DNA of 63,947 nt, filler included, from Octopus bimaculoides (lineage: Eukaryota), in NCBI RefSeq assembly GCF_001194135.2. It is 6 parts of 6 records of this genome, joined end to end, with 100 filler letters (N's around TTAATTAATTAA, not from the genome) between each part and the next. Parts side by side here need not be neighbours in the genome. Positions count along the whole stretch, not along the records: positions 50,658 to 55,780 come from NC_069009.1; positions 55,881 to 60,100 come from NC_069004.1; positions 60,201 to 63,947 come from NC_069006.1; 3 more parts are not named here. One strand, 5' to 3'. This document shows positions 55,059 to 63,947 of the stretch, piece by piece. A model generated the notes under the pieces. The model made no database searches. It was not told the origin of the DNA and saw only the letters and a program-made list of their open reading frames with translations. The translations under genes and the position numbers were made by a program. Within the stretch, counting starts at the first letter, position 1; every line of letters starts with the position of its first letter.

Positions 55059-55880
55059 ATTATTGTGAGTCCTTAAGATATCAGTACTGTTCAGATTTCT
55101 TTGTACACATAGTTGAGCATTCTGGGAAAGCAGAACACACTTGAGCATTCTGAGAAAACAAAGAACTCAGGCATTCTGGGAGATCATACAACACACATAT
55201 TTCAGGGGCACAGAAAATGATAAATTTTCTGTAGACACAAGCACACGTGGGTCTTCTGTTACTAAATTGAACATATAGGTACAGGTGTGACTGTGTGGCA
55301 AGAAATTTGCCTCCAAACTACGTGGTTTTGGGTTCATTCCTACTGTGTGGCACCTTGGGCAAGTGCCTTTTACTATAGCCTTGGGCCAACCAAACTCTTG
55401 TGAAGCCTATTGTCATCATCATCATCATCGTTTAACATCCGCTTTCCATGCTAGCATTGGTTGGACGATTTGACTGAGTACTGGTGAAACCAGATGGCTA
55501 CACCATACTATATATATATATATATATATATATAATAATAATATTAGGGACAAAATCCAAAATTACAGGTAAAAAACTCAATTAAAATCAATTTATAAAA
55601 AATTAAAATTAAATTGAGCCTTATAGATAAAGTATATATAAAATATATAGTTTTAGGGAAAATAACCAATTTTCAAGAACTCATCGATGAAATACTTATT
55701 ATATAAAGATAGAAAAATTATTTAAAAAATATCATAATATCAAAATAATAACCATTCAATAATCATCCCTTCATCCATTANNNNNNNNNNNNNNNNNNNN
55801 NNNNNNNNNNNNNNNNNNNNNNNNTTAATTAATTAANNNNNNNNNNNNNNNNNNNNNNNNNNNNNNNNNNNNNNNNNNNN

Positions 55881-55913
<33 letters not shown>

Positions 55914-56270
55914 ATGTCTCTTTCTCTCTTCCTCTGGATGTGCCATTGACTCCAAGGAAATTGAGAGGTTGTCTATGTCTGCACGTCACTACATAGGCTC
56001 CTAAAACAATTAGTTAAAACATGGTACAAGTTACCAAACCCTATTGGCTTGCGGTTGACAGCTGGCTCCTGTGTGTAACTGCCCTGCCTACACAACTACT
56101 TTACCCGTCATAACTATTTTCTCACACGCTCTCTCTCCTTCCTGCGAAAAGCGTTAAAATACAATCCATCGTTTACTGTCTGTGGGTGTGTGTGTGTTGA
56201 ACATTGATTGTGCAAATAAAAAATTTAAAAAGTAATGACGTTGAAAAATTTCCGCTGTCGGTCGTAGGTA

Positions 56271-56438
56271 TGTTCATACCATGTCGTCTGTTCATACCTT
56301 GTCGTCTGTTCATACCATGTCGTCTGTTCATACCATGTCGTCTGTTCATACCATGTCGTCTGTTCATACCTTGTCGTCTGTTCATACCTTGTCGTCTGTT
56401 CATACCATGTCGTCTGTTCATACCATGTCGTCTGTTCA
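56271..56438. repeat. 18-bp minisatellite x9.3
   Basis: Unit tgttcatacc(a/t)tgtcgtc; variant order A T A A A T T A A. Confidence 0.95.
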
Positions 56439-56879
56439 GGGTTCTTCCTGTGATAGCTAATGACTGTTTCACCTGTAAATTTTTTTTTCTCTCGCTACCA
56501 CCACCGCCGCCGCCACCACCAACATCACTATCACCGCCGCCATCACCACGACAACCATCACCACCGCCATTAAGCACCATCATCGTTATCACAACCCAGC
56601 GATCAATAGACACATCTACAGAAGACTCACTTTCTTTGATGTCGCCATTTCTCTAATGCAGCTTCGTTTTTTTTTACACTTCGTTTATTATTATTATTAT
56701 TATTATTTGGCCATCGCCAACGCTTCGTCATCACTCCTCAACATCTGTCCAGTGTCAGTTGTTGTTGTTGGAGTCGGCGGCGTTGATGGTGTTTTGTGTT
56801 AGTGGTGGTTGGCCCGACTAAGTAGGTATTTAAGGAGATTCCTTCAGTGACAATCCTATCTTTTTGGTTTTATCTAGGA

Positions 56880-57206
56880 CTGCGACTCTCAACCATTTTT
56901 TTTCTTTTAATCTATGAACTCCTTTGATTCCTATCCTATTTTGATGGACCCCCCCATAACCATTCAGTGTTTAAAAACTAGTTTTATAGATACGTCTTTC
57001 AAAATTCCTATTTTGTTTCCCACACGTTAACTTCTGTAGGTTGAACTACGTAAAACTCTAAAGAAAGAAACCAAGCTCGTTCTTGTAATAAATACAACTA
57101 AAGCATTTTTTTTCTCTCTCTAAGACCCTTAAAATACTGTGTCCCCAGTTATTTTGCTTGCGTGGACCCTCAAAAATCTTATATGGACCCCGGTTGAGAA
57201 CCACTG
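56880..57206. mobile_element. Older hAT-type MITE
   Basis: Right TIR ggttgagaaccactg, decayed left TIR ctgcgactctcaacc and an imperfect 8-bp TSD atctagga/atttaaga. Confidence 0.55.
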
Positions 57207-57315
57207 ATTTAAGACAGTGTATCTGGCTCTACTTTATCGAATGTGCCCGTCCTTTTTTAAGACTGGTGTAATAGTAAAATAATTATGCATAACTACACTA
57301 GTGCGCCCTCCCCCG

Positions 57316-57463
57316 TCTTTGTCACCTCATAACTTTCAGAAAATGAATATTTTTTGGATGAAATTTTCTACGAATACCTTTCTGTTGATGTAGATTCTGA
57401 TTACACTGGAATTTAATGATGGGGGAGGGGTAATTAGTAGATGCACACATACTTACTGACACA

Positions 57464-57494
<31 letters not shown>

Positions 57495-57830
57495 CCAAAT
57501 GAAATTTGAAAAAATTGTGATGTATGTCAGTATGTATGTATACGCGCCCGCCAAGTCTTTTTTTTTTTTCACATTAAATTCCCATACAGTCGTACTACAC
57601 CTAAAAAGTATTTGTTGTAGAAAGTTTCATTAAATATACCCATATTTTTCTGAAAGATATGAGGAAACAAAGTCGATTCGTGTGAATTATCCGAAACTCT
57701 TCTTCCCATTCCACCATGTCCGAAAATGTTTTCACATTAAATTCTGCTAAAATCGCGTTCTACATCATCTGAAAGGTATTTGTTGTAGAAAATTTCACTA
57801 AAATTATCCATTCCTCTGAAAATTATAACG
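57316..57830. mobile_element. Foldback DNA-element remnant with inverted arms and a third arm copy
   Basis: 57316-57420 is an inverted, visibly diverged homologue of 57571-57672. 57730-57830 is another copy in the right-arm orientation, and (TA)n lies at the centre. Confidence 0.6.
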
Positions 57831-58714
57831 AAATAAAGTCGGGAGTTGACCTGTGTAGATATGCCAAAATTTTCTGAGAATCGAGCTTGGAATTGGGAGT
57901 GGGGTTCCATGTTTTTTTTTTTTTCTTTCTTTAATCTGAATTTTTTGCACAAAACGTTTTATCATTCAGTTTCTTGTCCTCACTGACCAGAGTCTGCATC
58001 TGTCACGTGATACGGAGGGCAAGAGTAAAAATTATTCGGCGGGATTTCAAAGAGATTTTACTGTTATTTCTAACATGTCGATTGACCATGTGGCGGTTCA
58101 AGATAGTGGGGGTGAGATTTCAGAGATTTGGCAGTTATATCTAGCTGATTGAGCGACCACGTTGAGACTCCTTCATCGGCGTATTACAAACGTTATGTAT
58201 GTATATTGTGTTGTGTCTATAGTCGGGGAACATACTGCCGAGACAAATTCTGTTTCTATTTTATGATTTTAACGTTTGACCGTCATTCCAACCGTGACGT
58301 CTTGTACCTTGACATGTTTAGCATATTATTTTATGAGCCTGGTTCAGTGTGTGTGTGTTCAAGAACATATTTCTGTCTGTTGCATAAAATTGTGTGTGTG
58401 TCGGTGTCTGTCTCTATATTAGTACCTTTGTGTATTGGGCTGTGTGTGTGTGTGTTTAGGAGCATGTTTTTTTATGTTGTCTGAAGTCAGATATGTATGT
58501 AAGTATGTGTACTTTGTATGCCGCCTGTAGTGTGTGTTAGTGTCTATGTGTACGTGTGTCAATTTGTTTGTGTTCGTGTCAGCACACTCGTAACCAAATA
58601 CGAACTTACATTGCACCCCACCTCAAAAAAGAAACTATTGCAGTATTTGGCTTTTTCCAACGGTGTATATGTATAAAAGGCAAACGAAAACGGACGTGTA
58701 TTTATTTGTGAATG

Positions 58715-58745
<31 letters not shown>

Positions 58746-59086
58746 ACGACATGCCGAAATATCACTTAACACAGCTGACATAACATGAAATCTGTCAAAT
58801 CTATCAGTCAACTGACTGGACGGACGGGACACACACACGCACAGTATGTAGATGTGTGTGAGTAGAGGAGCCTTATACACGTGTTATGTATGTGTGTGTG
58901 TGTACGTACACATACACCCATATGTGTATACGGCTTAGAAGTGCGCTAAGCAGTGATTTATCTAAACTTGTCACCGGTTCAAATATGCTTTAGACGTATT
59001 CGAACCCGCAAGGCGATTCATGCAACAACAATAAAAAAACAAAAACATTCTCGCTGTTGTCGATAAGGTGTGAAACATACCAAATC

Positions 59087-59470
59087 GCCGTGTGGTAAGA
59101 AGTTTAGTTCCCAACCACATGGTTCCAGGTTCAGTTCCATTGTGTGGCATCATTAGGTAAGCGTTTGCGATTCTAGCCTCAAGCAGACCAAAAACCTTGT
59201 GAATGGACTTGGTAGATGGAAACTGAGAGGAACCCTATCGCGTGTGTGTGTGTGTGTGTTTTGTTTGTCCTCCCCCAGCACCACCACCGCTTGACAATCA
59301 CTGTTGGTTTGATTACGTCCCCTAATGCAGCGGTTCGGCAATAAAGACAAAAGAATAGGAATACATTTGCAGACTTAAATTAAGTCCTTAAATTAGTCTC
59401 TCCGACTAAAACCATTCACCACGCTGCCCCAGCACGGTCGCAGTCCAGTAACTGGAACAAGTTAGAGATA
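59087..59470 (+). mobile_element. SINE family B copy
   Basis: gtgtggtaagaagtttagttcccaaccacatggttcc...ggtagatggaaactga...(TG)n...cggttcggc. Confidence 0.75.
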
Positions 59471-59924
59471 AAGATAACATGTGGTATGCTCCTGGTTTAA
59501 AAGCGATATGAAACCAAAAGTACCCGATACAGGAGATAGTGTATATATTTATTTTGAACGATGACAATCACAACGCTTGTATTAGCCATTGTGACTTCCT
59601 ATTGAGAGAGAATGTGGCGCGTAGGATGCAAGAGATTTTTTTTCCTTTTTATAGTTCTATGACAAGTTTTGGTACTAATTTTATCGTGTGGTCTCATTTC
59701 AGTGAGAGTTGAACGCGTTACGAGGAGAGACATTCACATGACATCTGAACCGGAATCGTACTTAATTTCCGCTGTTCAATCACCATTTCTGAAATTAAAA
59801 AAAAAAAAAATGAGTCTTTCACATTGATTGTGTGTATATAATCTAAACTGTCCGACGAACGGGGACGTGAAATTCTGAGTAGCAGTCGTCTTTGTGTTCT
59901 TATTGTAGCTTTAAAAATAATAAA

Positions 59925-59956
<32 letters not shown>

Positions 59957-60100
59957 ATCTCTGAACGAGGTATAATACTGATAGGGCACAGAAAGTGTGT
60001 CAATAGCCAGCTGGAGGAGGTGTCCTCCTGAGGCTATAAGCTACAGTAGCATCCACCCTTAAGAGTTAGCCACATTTAAGTGGCAAATATACTTCACTAT

Positions 60101-60200
60101 NNNNNNNNNNNNNNNNNNNNNNNNNNNNNNNNNNNNNNNNNNNNTTAATTAATTAANNNNNNNNNNNNNNNNNNNNNNNNNNNNNNNNNNNNNNNNNNNN
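60101..60200. other. Artificial 100-bp scaffolding spacer (44 N + TTAATTAATTAA + 44 N)
   Basis: An identical construct occurs at 7871-7970, 32788-32887, 50558-50657, 55781-55880 and 60101-60200. Confidence 0.95.
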
Positions 60201-60327
60201 TTTTCAGAATCGGAATCTCCATAGCCTAAAACGTGGGATTCCGTAAAAAAAATTAATAAATAAGGGGGGGGGGGAAGGTTCAGATTACATATAGTCCATC
60301 TCTACCATAATAATAATAAAACTAACA

Positions 60328-60468
60328 GATGAAAATACTGCCTCACACATCAGTTCAGTAAGTCTGCTTCTCTGCAACAATAGCAAGTAACAGAGGTCTG
60401 GAACATGGAAATATCCCTCCTCAGCTCTTCCATCAGAAATAACTTTACAAGCGTTTATGTGAGTTCGG
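60328..60468 (-). pseudogene. Degenerate third caspase fragment (NAC motif to GSIF), closest to paralogue A
   Basis: Translates as INACKVISDGRAEEGYFHVPDL versus VNACRVTYEKKAEEGYSNVPDL in A. gatgaaaatactgcctcacacatcagttc matches 61026-61054. A frameshift follows PDL, and two CGA>TGA stops occur in the parental frame. Confidence 0.85.
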
Positions 60469-60854
60469 GCAGAGGTGCATATAAGAAAATAGCCAAGCAG
60501 GTGTAACACATACAAATTAACGCAGGCAATTAAAAAAAAATTGGTGAAAATAGTCGCAGGCAGTAAGTGAAAATATCCGAAAACACAGCAGCCAAGCTAA
60601 AGAACCAACCAAATAAACCACATTTAGTAGAGATGACCCGGAAGTTGTTGCTCTTCCGCCAACAGCACTACATTTCTTCGAAGTTTTGCGATTCAAACTG
60701 AATAGATCCGAATTTAGTTTGTTGACTCTAAGATAGACACATCACATAGTGGATGGCGGTGACTATGGAGATGTTTAACGTACATATTATTGTTGCTCAA
60801 TTTCCTTTCTATTTTAATGAAAGAAGGAGAAGAGAGAATAAGGACGGAATTTGG

Positions 60855-61817
60855 TTAGTCTTTGGCTCGAAGTATTACTTGTTTCTTCAAGGTGGAATAA
60901 ACAATTGAAACCTGATTCTCGGAAATCTCATTGCTTTCTTTGGAAACTTGTTCATTTATTTCAGGTGATAAGGAAACGATGTTACACTCCTTTTTGTTCT
61001 TTTCATAAACAGTGAGTAAACATTTGATGAAAATACTGCCTCGCACATCAGTTCGATAGGCCTGCCTTTCTGCAATAGTAGCATAAGTGACAAAGAGGTC
61101 TGGAACATTGGAATATCCCTCCTCAGCTTTCTTCTCATAAGTAACTCTGCAAGCGTTTACATAAATGAGTTTCGGTTTGTTTTTCAGCTGAGAACTATCT
61201 CGTAAAATTGTTTTTATAGTGGAATAAGATAATTTCTCACCATCAGTTCCAACAATATTGCCTATAACACCATGTGACATCAAGAACATAACGAAACAAT
61301 CTTCTCTGGCTGTACTTTCCTTCGATGCTTTCTCAATTATTGCTTTCATTTCCTCGGCCGTTTTATTAGAATAAAGTTGAACATCGAAATTGAAATCAGT
61401 GAAAAGTTTCGTAATACCCTCCACATCCTTTTCGCTTCCGAACCTTTCCTGGTGTTTCTCCTCATCGTCAAATTTCACATTATTTATTAATATAACACGA
61501 CCATGTGGTTTGAATTTCATCGGGTAGGCTGACTTGTCGAACAGAATAGATATCCGATTCTGATTTGAATTTTTCAAGGCCAACATCAATTCATCGGACG
61601 CATATGGTAGTTTCGGATATAAAAAACCATATAAACATCGATGCTGTTCGTCAGGGTTTCTGTGAGTCATTATTACACTTCTATGTTCCTCACTCAATAA
61701 ACCTTTGGCTAAAGCTTCATCTAAAAATGATTCGATATCGTCCAAATATTTTACAAAATTATAACGATAGCTTGAAAATTCTTTTTGTGAAATATGATAT
61801 TCTTGTTTAGCACTCAT
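60855..61817 (-). CDS. Intronless CARD-caspase (peptidase C14), 320 aa, paralogue A
   Basis: Uninterrupted ATG-to-stop ORF. Residues ~10-94 fit a CARD pattern (FVKYLDDIESFLDEALAKGLLSEEHRSVI...EQHRCL). The caspase fold follows directly: YPMKFKPHGRVILINN, S1 Arg in ERFGS (R125), MSHG (H182), KPKLIYVNACR (C223), small subunit DLFVTYAT...AYR (R255)...GSIFIK...STLKKQVIL. No one-to-one orthologue recognised. Confidence 0.95.
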   Translation of the reverse strand: MSAKQEYHISQKEFSSYRYNFVKYLDDIESFLDEALAKGLLSEEHRSVIMTHRNPDEQHRCLYGFLYPKLPYASDELMLALKNSNQNRISILFDKSAYPMKFKPHGRVILINNVKFDDEEKHQERFGSEKDVEGITKLFTDFNFDVQLYSNKTAEEMKAIIEKASKESTAREDCFVMFLMSHGVIGNIVGTDGEKLSYSTIKTILRDSSQLKNKPKLIYVNACRVTYEKKAEEGYSNVPDLFVTYATIAERQAYRTDVRGSIFIKCLLTVYEKNKKECNIVSLSPEINEQVSKESNEISENQVSIVYSTLKKQVILRAKD

Positions 61818-61995
61818 GTTTATGTAAAATTATAAATATGAAAACAATACAAATGATGGAAAAAATTTCACTTATTACCTGACAAACTCAGCCTACCTTT
61901 CACTTCCTGCTTTACGAAGTTGCCGGTGTAGAATACCCTACTTCGATTTGTTCCGGGACAGCAGTTATAAAAACATGTAAGCTGAGTGATTAGGG

Positions 61996-62050
61996 GTATT
62001 CCGTTGATTAGATACACTGGAATCCACATCGTAGTAAGTGACGGAGTGCC
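61996..62050 (+). mobile_element. Decayed 3' tail of SINE family A inside the caspase intergenic spacer
   Basis: ttccgttgattagatacactggaatcc...gtaagtgacggagtgcc aligns to ttccgttgatcggatcaactggaact...gtaagcgacggagtgcc of the 10776-11162 SINE. Confidence 0.7.
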
Positions 62051-62286
62051 AGTTTGAGTTGGATTAACAATTTATAGTACAGAGAGATGTGACAAGGTGA
62101 CGCCGTAGTAGGATGGTATCGCAGTTTTGTGAGATTTGGCTGTTATTTTTAGCATGCGAATAGCCTGCTTGAAAGCCAAGGCCGTAGAATCGGGAAAGGA
62201 GGGGTTGGGGTAATTTTTTTTTTTTTTTTTTTTTGAAAAATTGAAATTTTACAAACAATTTTTTTCAGAATCATAATACTCTCCGA

Positions 62287-62328
62287 ATCTTTACCCTTTG
62301 AACGATGGGCCGTTCAAAGGGAAAAGAT
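62287..62328. repeat. Inverted repeat/hairpin in the caspase intergenic region
   Basis: atctttaCCCTTTGAACG-atgggc-CGTTCAAAGGGaaaagat: an 11-bp perfect stem that extends to 18 bp with one mismatch, and a 6-nt loop. Confidence 0.85.
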
Positions 62329-62503
62329 CCAATAGAGTTATTTCAAAATATCCGGCAACAAATCGAAGTAAAATACTCTACACCGGTTACACCGTTTATC
62401 TTATCGTACACCAGGAAGTCAATAGGTTGACCGATCCTTCAGGTAAAAATTGATATTTTTTTACAGATTTATATTGTTTTAATATCTATAATTTTATATA
62501 AAC

Positions 62504-63469
62504 ATGAACACTGAACAAGTACATCATATTTCTAAGCAACAATTTATGCAAATCCGAGTTGATTTTGTAAGACACGTGGACGATATCGAATCGTTTTTAG
62601 ATGAAGCTTTATCCAATGGTTTATTGATTGAGGGACATAGAAATGAAATAATGTCCCAAAGAAATCCTGACGACCAAATACGAAAGTTACATGATTATAT
62701 ATTTAAGAAACTTCCATATGATTCAGATAAATTGATGTCAGCCTTGAAAAAGTCGAAACATATTAAGATATTTGATCTTTTAGACGAACAGACAGCCTAC
62801 CCGATGAAGTTCAAACCACATGGTCGTGTTATATTAATAAATAATGTGAAATTTGACGATGAGGAGACATACAAGGAAAGGCATGGAAGCGAAAAGGATG
62901 TGGAGGGTATTACGAAACTTTTCACTGATTTCAATTTCGATGTTCATCCTCATCCTAATAAAACAGCGAAAGAAATGAAAATAATAATTGAAGAAGCAAC
63001 TTCAAAAAGTACATCAGGTGAAGATTGTTTTGTTATGTTCTTGATGTCACATGGTATTATAGGGAATATTGTTGGAACTGATGGTAAGGAATTATCCTAT
63101 TCCACTATTAATACAATTCTAAAGGAGAGTTCTCAGCTGAAAGACAAACCAAAACTCATTTATATAAATGCCTGTCAAGCCAAATCTGAAAAAGAAGATG
63201 TCAAGCAATATTTCGATGTTGCAGACCTTCATGTTACTTTTGCCACTGTTCCAGAAAGCCTGGCTTACCGAAGTAGCAAGAGAGGCAGTCTTTTCATCGA
63301 AAGTCTACTCACTGTCTATAAAAATAACAAAGAAAAGTGTGGCATCTCATCATTATCATTTGAAATAAATGCACAAGTTGCTGAGAAAAACGATAAGATT
63401 TCTAAGGATCAGGTTTCAAGTAATTATTCCACTTTAAAGAGAGAGGTGATACTTCAAGCCACAGACTAA
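62504..63469 (+). CDS. Intronless CARD-caspase (peptidase C14), 321 aa, paralogue B
   Basis: Uninterrupted ORF with the same architecture: CARD (FVRHVDDIESFLDEALSNGLL...DQIRKL), YPMKFKPHGRVILINN, ERHGS (R126), MSHG (H183), KPKLIYINACQ (C224), AYR (R256), GSLFIE, STLKREVIL. About 64% identical to paralogue A by hand alignment. Confidence 0.95.
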   Translation: MNTEQVHHISKQQFMQIRVDFVRHVDDIESFLDEALSNGLLIEGHRNEIMSQRNPDDQIRKLHDYIFKKLPYDSDKLMSALKKSKHIKIFDLLDEQTAYPMKFKPHGRVILINNVKFDDEETYKERHGSEKDVEGITKLFTDFNFDVHPHPNKTAKEMKIIIEEATSKSTSGEDCFVMFLMSHGIIGNIVGTDGKELSYSTINTILKESSQLKDKPKLIYINACQAKSEKEDVKQYFDVADLHVTFATVPESLAYRSSKRGSLFIESLLTVYKNNKEKCGISSLSFEINAQVAEKNDKISKDQVSSNYSTLKREVILQATD

Positions 63470-63947
63470 CCAAATTCCGTCCCTATTCTCTCTTCTTGTT
63501 TCATTCAAATATAAAGAAATTGAAGAACAATGGTATGTACGTTAAACGCTTCCAAATTCGCCCCGTTCCATTCCATGATGTGTTTATCTTAGATTCCACG
63601 AACTAAATTCTTGCCCCACATCACCTGACTGATAAGTATTTCACATTTAGATACAAAACCAGTAATTTTAAGAGGAGGACGTATTAGAAACCCTTCCATT
63701 GTATTGACTGGCGGGTGGGTGATGAAAAGCATGGTTTGATTCAAGCAAATCTAAACTCGGCTTGAAGGAATGATGCAAGCGATTTTATCCAGCGTTGCAA
63801 TGACTAGTTTTGGTTTAATAACTAATGGTTTTTTTTTTTTTATTCCACCAAAAATCTATTTTGTTATATGTGAGTGAAATCGAATGGAATTTTTGTGCTC
63901 ATGGAAGGTAGCTATACCAGTCTGACTGCTCTATATTAAGAAAAAAT

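Larger units (their letters stand above)
61818..62503. promoter_or_regulatory. Divergent intergenic/promoter region of the caspase pair
   Basis: 686 bp between the two ATGs. Each gene keeps a homologous ~140-150 bp upstream block (ccgg(c)aacaaatcgaagta...ctacaccgg...CAGGAAGT...tcaggtaa...tataatttta(c/t)ataaacATG). It contains GGAAGTGAAA (61898-61907, minus), CAGGAAGT (62412-62419) and GGGGTATTCC (61993-62002). Promoter function is inferred. Confidence 0.6.

Noticed and set aside
56271-56438. CRISPR-like appearance of the 18-, 26-, 42- and 48-bp arrays
   Set aside because: These are head-to-tail tandem repeats without unique spacers. There are no cas genes and the context is eukaryotic.
56173-56656. 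146-150 aa ORFs with MNRRHG or FIPCRL repeats
   Set aside because: They are produced by the stop-free 18-bp minisatellite and CCA/GGT tracts, with no domain evidence.
60956-63368. Small overlapping ORFs 60956-61138, 61565-61810, 62064-62258 and 63168-63368
   Set aside because: They are shadow frames of the caspase genes or TE-derived spacer sequence.

Overview
AT-rich, microsatellite-dense, gap-riddled eukaryotic scaffold segment. The SINE, LINE and Penelope-type repeat content and the (TA)/(CA)/(TTA)/(TATG) arrays look like an Octopus-type cephalopod genome; this is an inference, since no database was available. About 60 kb is mostly transposon debris: tRNA-derived SINEs, RTE, CR1-group and R4/Dong LINE fragments, Penelope remnants with hammerhead-ribozyme motifs, and hAT, mariner and pogo MITEs and foldbacks. 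A few candidate spliced exons of an unidentified minus-strand gene lie within it. The only clearly complete genes are in the last 3.7 kb: two intronless, head-to-head (686 bp apart), compact CARD-caspases of 320 and 321 aa. Both keep the His/Cys dyad but carry a non-canonical NAC(R/Q) motif and a very short intersubunit linker, which is Asp-free in one paralogue. They also share a probable gene-conversion tract and a duplicated upstream ETS motif, and a third pseudogenised caspase fragment lies beside them. This paired caspase module is the best candidate for an undescribed system. Five identical 44N-TTAATTAATTAA-44N spacers are artificial joins, so long-range adjacency is not sequence-supported. 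All alignments and counts were done by eye, and repeat boundaries are approximate unless a TSD or TIR is quoted.
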